Below are positions 55,862-64,000 of a DNA stretch of 64,000 nucleotides, piece by piece. Numbering within the stretch: the stretch's first letter is position 1; each line of letters begins with the position of its first letter. The notes under the pieces are model-generated. The model had not been told where the DNA came from. It did not search any database and worked only from the letters and a program-made list of their open reading frames with translations. This DNA comes from an uncultured bacterium (GTDB lineage Bacteria; Acidobacteriota; Thermoanaerobaculia; Multivoradales; JAHZIX01), in NCBI GenBank assembly GCA_965368975.1, contig CBDUPA010000003.1, positions 96,001-160,000 on the forward strand, in the 5' to 3' direction. Both the position numbers and the translations under genes were made by a program.

Positions 55862-55935
55862 GGAGGATGACTACCGCGTCGGATCAGGCGGTTCTGACCA
55901 GGCGATCATAGCGGAAGTCGATGGAGGAGGGGGGT

Positions 55936-55986
55936 GGGGCGCACCGACAGATCGGTTGCGCCCCAACCGTGCCTGACTCGGCACGG
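55936..55986 (-). terminator. Two hairpins between the subtilisin and cyclase genes
   Basis: GGGGCGCA-CCGA-CAGA-TCGG-T-TGCGCCCC and CCGTGCC-TGACTC-GGCACGG. Confidence 0.4.
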
Positions 55987-56027
55987 GGACTGCGGAGAGC
56001 ACCGCAACCTCGGGAGGGGACGAGGTA

Positions 56028-57296
56028 TCAGTATCCGCCGGAGTCGACGATGCCCAGGTCGCGACCGTCCTTGCTGCTGTCGTCCGCGGGCGGCTGCGGA
56101 CCGATGATGATCGAAGTCGAGATCGAGGGGCCGAGCAACTCGAGGTCTTCCCGGATCGCCAGCTCGACCTCTACCGCCGACGCCGAGCCATTGTTCGACC
56201 TGTAGAGGGCTGCTGTGCCCGCGGCATGGGCCGCGGCCATCGAGGTACCGGAGCGTTCGCGGTACTGGCCGTTCTTCCAGGTCGACAGGATTTCGTCGCC
56301 GGGTGCCCAAGCGTCGACGCAGGCACCGAAGTTACTCCATTCGGTCTCCTGATCGAGGCGGTCCGTCGCAGCGACGGTCATGATGCCGTTGGCTGCGTTG
56401 GCGCCTTCGCGTGACGGGGATCCGAGGCAGGCGTCCTGCGCGTCGTTGCCAGCCGCGACGGCGAAAAACAGATCAGCGCTGTCGGTCGAAACTGCGGCGT
56501 TGATCGCGCTGTCGACGACCGGATTGGCGGGGCCGATCAGCGCCATAGAGACAACCGATGGCCGTGGTGCGTGGGCGGTGACCCAATCGATGCCGGCGAG
56601 TACGCTGCTCCAGGTACCTCGGCCGTTGCAGCCCAACACGCGCACCGCGATCAGCGACGCTCCCGGTGCCACACCGACGACGCCGATGTTGTTGTCCTTG
56701 GCAGCGATGGTGCCGGCGACGTGCGTTCCGTGGCCGTTGCAGTCCTTGCTCGAGGGACCTGGTACGAAGCTGACGCGGTCCGTGACATTGAGGTCGGGGT
56801 GATTGTCGATGCCAGTGTCGAGCACGAACACGTCGACATGATCGACCGTCCCCTGGCCATCACCAGCGAACGTCGAACTGTTGATCGCGTCTACCCGGAT
56901 GATTCCCCAGGGCACCTCCTGGCTGGCGGCCTCGACCGTGCCGTCGGCGACGACCAACGCGACCAGTGGACTGGCTTGCAGGTCCGCCAGCTCGCGCGAG
57001 TTGACACGGGCCGCGAAGCCGCGGACCGAAGCGCTGTAAATGTGCTGGGCCTGAAAGCCGATGGTGGCTTCCAGGTAGCGCACCGCGCCGACGGTGCTGA
57101 TGTCCAGATAGCTACCGGAGCCGCGCAAGGCGGGGTCATCCGGATCGACGCTGGTCGAGAAGGCGGCCAAGCTGGCGCTTTCGTCGAAGGTCACCAGAAC
57201 AAACTGCTGGCCTGCCATGGCGGCGCTCGGGAAGAGCAATACGACCAGGGCCAACATCAGGCCAGTACATTGGATAGAGCGTTTGTGCGACGTCAT
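56028..57296 (-). CDS. Secreted S8 subtilisin-like protease with I9 propeptide
   Basis: Signal peptide and a propeptide with YSASVRGFAA. Catalytic motifs VLDTG, HGTHVAG, AAGN and GTSMA. AAGGAGG RBS. Confidence 0.93.
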   Translation of the reverse strand: MTSHKRSIQCTGLMLALVVLLFPSAAMAGQQFVLVTFDESASLAAFSTSVDPDDPALRGSGSYLDISTVGAVRYLEATIGFQAQHIYSASVRGFAARVNSRELADLQASPLVALVVADGTVEAASQEVPWGIIRVDAINSSTFAGDGQGTVDHVDVFVLDTGIDNHPDLNVTDRVSFVPGPSSKDCNGHGTHVAGTIAAKDNNIGVVGVAPGASLIAVRVLGCNGRGTWSSVLAGIDWVTAHAPRPSVVSMALIGPANPVVDSAINAAVSTDSADLFFAVAAGNDAQDACLGSPSREGANAANGIMTVAATDRLDQETEWSNFGACVDAWAPGDEILSTWKNGQYRERSGTSMAAAHAAGTAALYRSNNGSASAVEVELAIREDLELLGPSISTSIIIGPQPPADDSSKDGRDLGIVDSGGY

Positions 57297-57499
57297 TTTT
57301 CCTCGTCCTCCTTGACTGTGCGGTGTGAGTGCGCCCATGCATACAAAACGAACCGGGCATCTACCAGTCTACCTCAGAAATTCAATAGACGTTGAACGAT
57401 TTGTCTCTACGTCGAACTGTAGGCATGACCAAGCGCCGAGAGGTCTAGTCCCGGTGTCAGGAAGGTAGGGGAGGCGATGGAGGGTGGGGAAACGTGGAT

Positions 57500-60400
57500 T
57501 CAGTTGGGGGGAATCTCGGGAATGCCCGCATCCAGATCGGTGCTTTCGAATTCCAGACTGCTCTCTTCATTTGCGAGCTGCTCGGGCTCGGGCTCGGGGA
57601 TATCGAGCTGCTGTCGAACCCAACTCTTGATTGCACGGCCGGCCCAATCGCTGTCCAGCAACTCTGTGCAGGCCTCGAGGCTGGTGGTGGTTTCCCGGTC
57701 TTGGCGGCCCTGCGCCGACAGGCTGATGCCGAGCATACAGGTCGCTTCGACGACACCTGGTTCCATCTGGCCGCTGGCTTCTTGACGCCTGGCGAAGAGG
57801 TCTATGGCTTCCCGCAAGGTCCTGACTGCGTCCCGGAACTCTTCTTGTTCGATCTGCAGCATCGCAAGGCGACGCAGCGCATTGGGCAGGAATCGCTGCT
57901 CGTTGGGAGGGAGTGTCCGAAACATGTCGACCGCGGCTCCGGCTTGCTCCTCGCCCTCCGCCAAGCGCTCCAACTGCAACAGACCGAAGGCCTGGTTATA
58001 GAGCACTCGCGCGAGGCGGCGGTCACTGTCGCCGAGAACCTGGCGCATGGCTGACTCAGCCCGTCGGTAGGCTTGCAGCGCTTCCTCGTGTTTGCCCTGC
58101 TGGTCGAGGGTTGCGGCGAGAACCTGCAAGTTGATCGAAACGCGGAGTGGCCGGGGCGGATGCTGGCTGTCTCGGAGCGCGATGATGTTGCGCAGTTCAA
58201 CTTCGGCACGCTCGTACTCGCCCTTGTGGAAAAAGGCGAAGGCCAGGTTGTGGCGGGCGTCGAGGGTCCGGTCGTCGTCGGTCTCGTAGTGATGTCCGTA
58301 GAACTTCAACATTTCGCCGCAAAGCTCGATCGCGCGATCGGGGTCTCTGTCCGCTATCTCGACCACGATGTTGTTCTTGACCTTGGCGCCGGTCTCGGTT
58401 TCATGAGCATTGAGTCCTCCCAGCCTCTTATGAATGGCCTCGAGTTCGTCGATACGTTCGGCCGAGTAGCCCTCTCTCTGGTTGAGGAAGTAGAGGTAGT
58501 TCGCCCTTGCGTCCAACGTTTCGATCTCCAGGTCTCGACGAACCTCCGGGTCCGGCTCGTCCTCCAGGAGGCCTTTCAGCGTCGTGACGGCTCCGGTCAG
58601 ATAGGTTTCGGCTCGATCCGGCATGCCATGCGAATGGAACGCCAGACCGAAGGTGGAGCTCAGGCCGGCTTGGAGCCGCGGTTGATCGCGGAAGTCGCTC
58701 AGCATGGGCGGGACGCGTTCGAGCAGGAGTTCACGCATCGTGAGTTCCTGATCCTGCCGATCTTCGGGGCCACCAGACGAGACGAACTCCGAGAGAGCTT
58801 GACGCAAGCGGTTGGCTCGCTGCTGGGCCTGATCGCTGCGTTCGAGGTTCCGCTGAGCACTCTGCAATGCGATATTTAGATCTTCTTGGGTCCTCGACAG
58901 CCGCTGGTTGTAGTACAGCAGGATGCCGAAAGTGAGCAGGGTGAACAGGACGCCGGTCAGCAACGCCAGGGCGGCTGCCTTGTTGCGCCGCGCCCACTTG
59001 CCGGCGCGGTAGCCGAAGGTCGGCGTGCGCGCCAGCACGGGCTCGCCCTCCAGGTGCCGCCGGAGATCTTCCGCGAAGTGCTCGACCGAGGCGTAGCGCA
59101 GATGCGGCTCCTTGCGCATCGCCATCATCAGGATGTTGTCGAGATCACCCTTGAGCAGCTTGTGGACGCGCAGAGCCTCCGGATCCTGGTTCCGGGAGTT
59201 CACTTCCAGGTCAACGTTGTCCTGGCCTTCCGGTTCCGCGCCTGGCTTGCCGCTTTTCTCGGCCGGTTGCAACACGGCCTGGCTTGGACGCGGGGCCTCG
59301 TGCTCGGTGATGATGCGGATCGCCTCGTCGAGGTTGCGCCCCTTGGTGCGATAGGGAGGGCGGCCGGTCAGCAGCTCGTAGAGCAGGATGCCGAGAGAGT
59401 AGACGTCGCTGGCGGTGGTGATGTTGCCGCCGCGGGCTTGTTCCGGACTGGCGTAGCGCGCGGTCATCAGGCGCTGTGCCGGTGCCGTGTAGGCGACGGT
59501 GAAGGCGGCCATCTCCGGGTTCAGGAACTTGGCGATGCCGAAGTCGACGAGCTTGGGCGTGCCGTCCGCGGTGACCAGGATGTTGCGAGGTCCGATATCG
59601 CGATGGATGATCAGGTTCTGGTGCGCGTAGTGGACAGCCGCACAGACCACCCGGAAGAGTTCGAGGATCTGCTCCAGCGTCAGCTTGTGGGTGCGGCAAT
59701 ACTCGTCGATCGGGACGCCGTCGATGTACTCCATGACGAAGTACGGTCGGCCTTCTGGAGTGGTGCCGCCGTCGAGCAGCTTGGCAATGTTGGGATGGTC
59801 GAGGCTCGCCAGGATGTGACGCTCGTTGCGGAAACGCGCGAGGATATCCTCGCTGTCCATACCCGGCTTGATGATCTTGATCGCGACCTTTTTCTTGAAC
59901 TCGTCGTCGTCGCGCACGGCCAGGTAGACAACCCCGAAGCCGCCGCGCCCGAGCTGGTGCAGCAGGCGGTACTTGCCGACACGCTCGCCGCGGATCAGGC
60001 CGGGGCGGCTCTCGCGATCGCCACGCAAGTTGGAGGAGTCCCCCCCTTCGCCACGGCGGGCAGCACCCGCGGCCGCGGCGGCCAGGTCGGCGGCGGGGGG
60101 TCGCGAGCCCACCTGTTGATAGACGGTGATCAGCGCCTCGACCTCGTGGCGCAGCGTCGTGTTCTCCCGGCACTGCTTGACCAGGAAGTAGTCGCGCTCA
60201 CCAGCCGGCAACGCCAGTGCCTTGCGGGCGAGGTCGCGCGCGTTGAGCTTGATCCGCTCGGCGCTGTCCTGCGCTGAACTCTCGTCTTCCTCGGTCGGGG
60301 TCGCCGGTTCGAGCACCGAAAGCAGTCCTTCGACCTCCTGGCGGGCAGTCGTCCCCTCGCGCTCTTCCAGGTCATCCAGAAAAGCGCGGCGTTCACTGAC

Positions 60401-60532
60401 CAACATGTCCAGGGCCTGACGGGCCAGATCACGCGCGCTCATGGGATTCTGATGGTACTGCTTCGATATCCGTAGGCTCGAGGCGCCTACATCCTCGCCA
60501 TCACTCGACATTGCATTCTCCGGCTTCTTCAT
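57500..60532 (-). CDS. Membrane Ser/Thr kinase with extracytoplasmic TPRs (ECF-sigma-associated kinase type)
   Basis: LGRGGFGVVY, VAIK, ERHILASLDHPNIAKLLDGG, HRDIGPRN, DFG, YASPE and GDLDNI...Y.SV, then a TM and TPRs. The start could instead be 60442. Confidence 0.9.
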   Translation of the reverse strand: MKKPENAMSSDGEDVGASSLRISKQYHQNPMSARDLARQALDMLVSERRAFLDDLEEREGTTARQEVEGLLSVLEPATPTEEDESSAQDSAERIKLNARDLARKALALPAGERDYFLVKQCRENTTLRHEVEALITVYQQVGSRPPAADLAAAAAGAARRGEGGDSSNLRGDRESRPGLIRGERVGKYRLLHQLGRGGFGVVYLAVRDDDEFKKKVAIKIIKPGMDSEDILARFRNERHILASLDHPNIAKLLDGGTTPEGRPYFVMEYIDGVPIDEYCRTHKLTLEQILELFRVVCAAVHYAHQNLIIHRDIGPRNILVTADGTPKLVDFGIAKFLNPEMAAFTVAYTAPAQRLMTARYASPEQARGGNITTASDVYSLGILLYELLTGRPPYRTKGRNLDEAIRIITEHEAPRPSQAVLQPAEKSGKPGAEPEGQDNVDLEVNSRNQDPEALRVHKLLKGDLDNILMMAMRKEPHLRYASVEHFAEDLRRHLEGEPVLARTPTFGYRAGKWARRNKAAALALLTGVLFTLLTFGILLYYNQRLSRTQEDLNIALQSAQRNLERSDQAQQRANRLRQALSEFVSSGGPEDRQDQELTMRELLLERVPPMLSDFRDQPRLQAGLSSTFGLAFHSHGMPDRAETYLTGAVTTLKGLLEDEPDPEVRRDLEIETLDARANYLYFLNQREGYSAERIDELEAIHKRLGGLNAHETETGAKVKNNIVVEIADRDPDRAIELCGEMLKFYGHHYETDDDRTLDARHNLAFAFFHKGEYERAEVELRNIIALRDSQHPPRPLRVSINLQVLAATLDQQGKHEEALQAYRRAESAMRQVLGDSDRRLARVLYNQAFGLLQLERLAEGEEQAGAAVDMFRTLPPNEQRFLPNALRRLAMLQIEQEEFRDAVRTLREAIDLFARRQEASGQMEPGVVEATCMLGISLSAQGRQDRETTTSLEACTELLDSDWAGRAIKSWVRQQLDIPEPEPEQLANEESSLEFESTDLDAGIPEIPPN

Positions 60533-60922
60533 GAGGGCCTATCAGGATTCGTCAGCGGGCCGTGCCGTCAGGTCTTGGACCTGCGACGGCAACGCGCATG
60601 TGATGAGTGAACCCTTCTGCCCCGCCCGGATGATCAGATATTGTCGACAAAAAAGACACCACGTAGCTTACAGTATTCTCGCAGGGCATGCCAGGTATTG
60701 GCGTAGAAGGCATATTGGTCCCCCAGTGCAGGGGGGCAAAATCTCCTCATGGAGCAACTCAGCGGAGCAACACCACCGCCCAATTCCTGCGTTGCTGCCC
60801 CTTGACGGATGGTGTGAGGGTCGTAACGATGGCTCCCGAGCGGGCGCATGGAAGCAGTGGTGCTGGGTGACCATGCGTCTTCGGTGCGGACCGGCAACTG
60901 CGACTGGCAAGGAGGAGGCAGG

Positions 60923-61957
60923 ATGACAGCGACACCGGCAGGCCGCGAAACCAGCTTCGGCACGCGCTCCGGCCGCCGACGGCTGACCGTGGGCGCCTAC
61001 GTCGACGGCGTGCTGCGCGGCGACCGGACGGTCCTCGGTCAGGCCTTGACGCTGGTCGAAAGCAACCGGCCGGAACACCAGGAGCAGGCGCAGGAGATGC
61101 TCTTGCGCCTGTTGCCGCATACCGGTAACGCCCTGCGCCTCGGGATCAGCGGAGTCCCTGGCGTCGGCAAGAGCACCTTCATTGAAGCTCTGGGCACGAA
61201 ACTGACGTCGGACCGGCAACGCGTGGCGGTACTCGCCGTCGACCCGAGCAGCAGCGTCAGCGGTGGCAGCATTCTGGGCGACAAGACGCGGATGTCGCAC
61301 CTGGCGCGCGATCCGATGGCCTTCATCCGGCCATCGCCGAGCAGCGGTTCCCTTGGCGGCGTGGCGCGCAAGACGCGCGAGAGTCTGCTGGTGTGCGAGG
61401 CCGCCGGCTTCGAGATCGTGCTGGTGGAGACGGTGGGCGTCGGCCAGAGCGAGACGGTGGTTGCCGACATGGTCGACTGCTACCTCGTGCTGATGCTCGC
61501 CGGTGCCGGTGACGAACTGCAAGGCATCAAGCGCGGCATCCTCGAGCTGGCCGACCTAGTCGCGATCAACAAGGCGGATGGTGACAACGCGTCCCGGGCC
61601 GAGAGGGCGCGTCGAGAGTATGCCTCGGCGCTGCACTTCATGCGACCGCCGGTGGCCGAGTGGCAGCCGAAGGTCGTGGCGGTGAGCAGCGTCGAAGGTA
61701 CCGGTCTGGACGAACTCTGGCAGTTGGTACTGGAGCACCGGCGGGTGCTCGAGGCGTGCGGCGAGTTGCAGGCACGCCGCCGTCGGCAGTTGATCGGCTG
61801 GATGTGGTCGATGGTACAAGACGAGCTGATGGCACGTTTGCGCCGCCACCCAGACCTGGCCCACCGCTTGCCGCAGCTGGAAGCGGAGGTGCTCGACGGG
61901 AGCCTGACACCGACGCTGGCCGCGCGCCGTATCTTGGAGATCTTCAGCTCGCAGTGA
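60923..61957 (+). CDS. meaB: Methylmalonyl-CoA mutase-associated GTPase
   Basis: GVPGVGKST, AVDPSS..SGGSILGDKTRM, ETVGVGQSE, GDELQGIKRG and NKAD. GGAGG RBS. Confidence 0.96.
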   Translation: MTATPAGRETSFGTRSGRRRLTVGAYVDGVLRGDRTVLGQALTLVESNRPEHQEQAQEMLLRLLPHTGNALRLGISGVPGVGKSTFIEALGTKLTSDRQRVAVLAVDPSSSVSGGSILGDKTRMSHLARDPMAFIRPSPSSGSLGGVARKTRESLLVCEAAGFEIVLVETVGVGQSETVVADMVDCYLVLMLAGAGDELQGIKRGILELADLVAINKADGDNASRAERARREYASALHFMRPPVAEWQPKVVAVSSVEGTGLDELWQLVLEHRRVLEACGELQARRRRQLIGWMWSMVQDELMARLRRHPDLAHRLPQLEAEVLDGSLTPTLAARRILEIFSSQ

Positions 61958-62134
61958 CAGGGTGCTCGGGGAGAAGAGGACCGGCCTGCCGCCAGAGAAC
62001 CGCGAGGGAGTCGTCCCGTGGGCGCGTGAAATCTGCTATGCTCACCAGCCTCGGCGAGAGCCCTCGCCTTGCCCGCCTGCTTCCTGGCACCACCCGACCC
62101 TAACGATGACCCGTTTGCAGATGACCCGATCGAG

Positions 62135-63643
62135 ATGACTCGTCTATCCAGTGCTTCGCCGCGTCCCACGACATCGTCGCCGGGTGAGGGCAAGACCGTC
62201 GGCATGATCAGTCTCGGGTGCCCCAAGAACCGGGTCGACAGCGAAGTCATGCTCGGTCACCTGCGCGCCCAGGGATATCGCGTGGTGACGGACGCTGCCG
62301 AAGCCGACACGGTGATTGTCAACACCTGCGGCTTCATCGACGAAGCCAAGCAGGAGTCAATCGACAGCATCCTCGAGATCGCCGAGCTGAAAGCCGCGAG
62401 CCAGGAGGCCGGCGCCGAGGGCAAGAAATTGCTGGTCGCTGGCTGCATGGTCAACCGCTACGGTGAGGAGCTGGCCTCTTCGATTCCCGAGATCGACGGT
62501 TTCGTTGGTCTCGACGATCTGCACAAGGTCTCCGACGTGGTGCAACTGGGCGGTGGTCCTGCGCCGCCATCGCCGGCACACCTGGTCTTCGACCACACCG
62601 AACCGCGCCTGCTCACGACTCGGGGCTATGCCTACCTGAAGGTCGCCGAGGGGTGCAACAACCCGTGCACTTTCTGCGCGATCCCTCTGTGGCGCGGGCG
62701 CTTCCGCAGTCGCACCATCGACAGTCTGGTGAACGAGGCACGGCAACTCGAAGCCAGTGGCGTCCAGGAGTTGTGCCTGATCGCCCAGGATACGACGCGC
62801 TACGGTTTCGACCTCGAGTCTGAAGCGGGTTCCGAGCAGGCCTTGGGGCGCCACGGCTTGACGCGCTTGGTCGAAGCCCTGCTGGCCAAGACGTCGATCC
62901 CGTGGATCCGCTTCCTCTACGCCTATCCGACCACGCTCGACGAGGAACTCCTGCGCCTGATGGGGCAGGAAGAGCGCTTCTGCTCGTACCTCGACATGCC
63001 GTTGCAGCACAGCCATCCAGAGATGCTGAGCGCCATGCGTCGGGGCGGTGGCCCGGACCGCTACCTGAAGCTGCTCGAGCGCGCACGGGAACTGGCGCCC
63101 GACATCTTCCTGCGCACCACCTTCATTGTCGGCTTCCCGGGCGAGACAGAGGCCCACTTCGAGCATCTGAAGGACTTCGTGCAGCGAGCTCAGTTCGACC
63201 ATCTGGGGGCCTTCGGGTACAGCCCGGAGGAGGGCACGCCGGCTGCCGAACTGGCCCGGCGCGTCCCTCGCTCGACGATCCAGCGCCGGCACCGCCAGTT
63301 ACTGGAAGTGCAAGAGCCGATTGCCCGTGGCCACCGTCAGGCGCTGCTCGGGCGTACCCTGCGGGTGCTGGTGGAAGGCACGTGCGAGGAGACGGAGCAC
63401 CTGCTGCAGGGCCGTCACCATGGAATGGCCCCGGAAATCGATGGCCGCTTGCTGATCAACGACGGCATCGCGCCCGCCGGTACCTTCGCCGACGTGCGGA
63501 TCACGGATGCTTACGCCGACGATCTGGTCGGCCACATTGTCGGTCCTGCCGGCGTTGACGGTATCGTCCCCTCCGATCTCGACTATTTGCCAGCTCGACC
63601 AGACGCCGACTTCGATACTCCCTCGACGGCTTCGACCTCCTGA
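62135..63643 (+). CDS. rimO: Ribosomal protein S12 methylthiotransferase
   Basis: SLGCPKNRVDSE, NTCGFI..AKQESI, radical SAM motif CNNPCTFC, and a TRAM domain with APEIDG. Confidence 0.95.
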   Translation: MTRLSSASPRPTTSSPGEGKTVGMISLGCPKNRVDSEVMLGHLRAQGYRVVTDAAEADTVIVNTCGFIDEAKQESIDSILEIAELKAASQEAGAEGKKLLVAGCMVNRYGEELASSIPEIDGFVGLDDLHKVSDVVQLGGGPAPPSPAHLVFDHTEPRLLTTRGYAYLKVAEGCNNPCTFCAIPLWRGRFRSRTIDSLVNEARQLEASGVQELCLIAQDTTRYGFDLESEAGSEQALGRHGLTRLVEALLAKTSIPWIRFLYAYPTTLDEELLRLMGQEERFCSYLDMPLQHSHPEMLSAMRRGGGPDRYLKLLERARELAPDIFLRTTFIVGFPGETEAHFEHLKDFVQRAQFDHLGAFGYSPEEGTPAAELARRVPRSTIQRRHRQLLEVQEPIARGHRQALLGRTLRVLVEGTCEETEHLLQGRHHGMAPEIDGRLLINDGIAPAGTFADVRITDAYADDLVGHIVGPAGVDGIVPSDLDYLPARPDADFDTPSTASTS

Positions 63644-63717
63644 ACCGGGCTTCCCAACCGCTATCGACTCCATTTACCTGAAGTCGCCGACTCCACGTAC
63701 CGCCAAGACGCAATACC

Positions 63718-64000
63718 ATGCTGGTCATTCAGGACGCCTTCAACAGCAGTGACTTGCCGCGCGGCGGCATCGGCACCATCGGGAACTTCGATGGCGTCCA
63801 TCGCGGGCAGCAGACGGTGATCGAGACCACCCGCAAGCGTGCTGCCGAAGCGAGTGTCTCCTCAATGGTCATCACCTTCGAGCCGCACCCGATCAAGATC
63901 TTGCGTCCCGACGAGGCGCCGCAGCGGCTCACTACGCCAGCACAGAAAGAGGCCCTGCTGCGCGAGCAGGAGATCGACGTGCTGCTGGTGGTGCACTTTA
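63718..64000 (+). CDS. ribF: Bifunctional riboflavin kinase/FAD synthetase (5' part only)
   Basis: Manual translation gives MLVIQD...TIGNFDGVHRGQQ...ITFEPHP. Runs off the window edge. Confidence 0.9.
   Translation, partial: MLVIQDAFNSSDLPRGGIGTIGNFDGVHRGQQTVIETTRKRAAEASVSSMVITFEPHPIKILRPDEAPQRLTTPAQKEALLREQEIDVLLVVHF

Noticed and set aside
54050-55870. 606-aa plus-strand ORF
   Set aside because: Antisense to the well-supported cyclase-TPR gene.
60541-60572. CCTGAC-like heptamers upstream of the membrane kinase as another operator
   Set aside because: The spacings are 16 and 10 bp rather than 11 and one copy is degenerate, so the match is too weak.
60923-63643. meaB and rimO as NRPS tailoring genes
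   Set aside because: Both are canonical housekeeping proteins in a meaB-rimO-ribF run.

Overview
High-GC bacterial window. The gene style suggests Acidobacteriota (Thermoanaerobaculia-like), which is inference only. Housekeeping-type genes (mlaEFD, phhAB, meaB, rimO, ribF) flank or interrupt three accessory units. (1) A BTAD/SARP-AAA regulator is divergent from a ~1300-aa SdrD-repeat surface protein, followed by a lasso-peptide-type cassette (cyclase, precursor, HPr-kinase-like enzyme) with no RRE or leader peptidase in the window. An 11-bp-phased CCTGAC(G) direct repeat lies upstream of both the surface protein and the cyclase, suggesting one regulon. (2) A stand-alone 8444-aa, 7-module NRPS has an N-methylated starter, an A-less module, an E domain, a DPRH-type A domain, a lid-shortened TE and a strong Arg bias. 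(3) A co-oriented trio: membrane Ser/Thr kinase-TPR, secreted subtilisin, and divergent nucleotide cyclase-TPR. Also present are a ZZ-zinc-finger/trypsin fusion and a PatA/G-like subtilase fragment missed by the ORF track. No rRNA, tRNA, CRISPR array or mobile element was recognised. All domain calls are manual motif reading; no searches were run.
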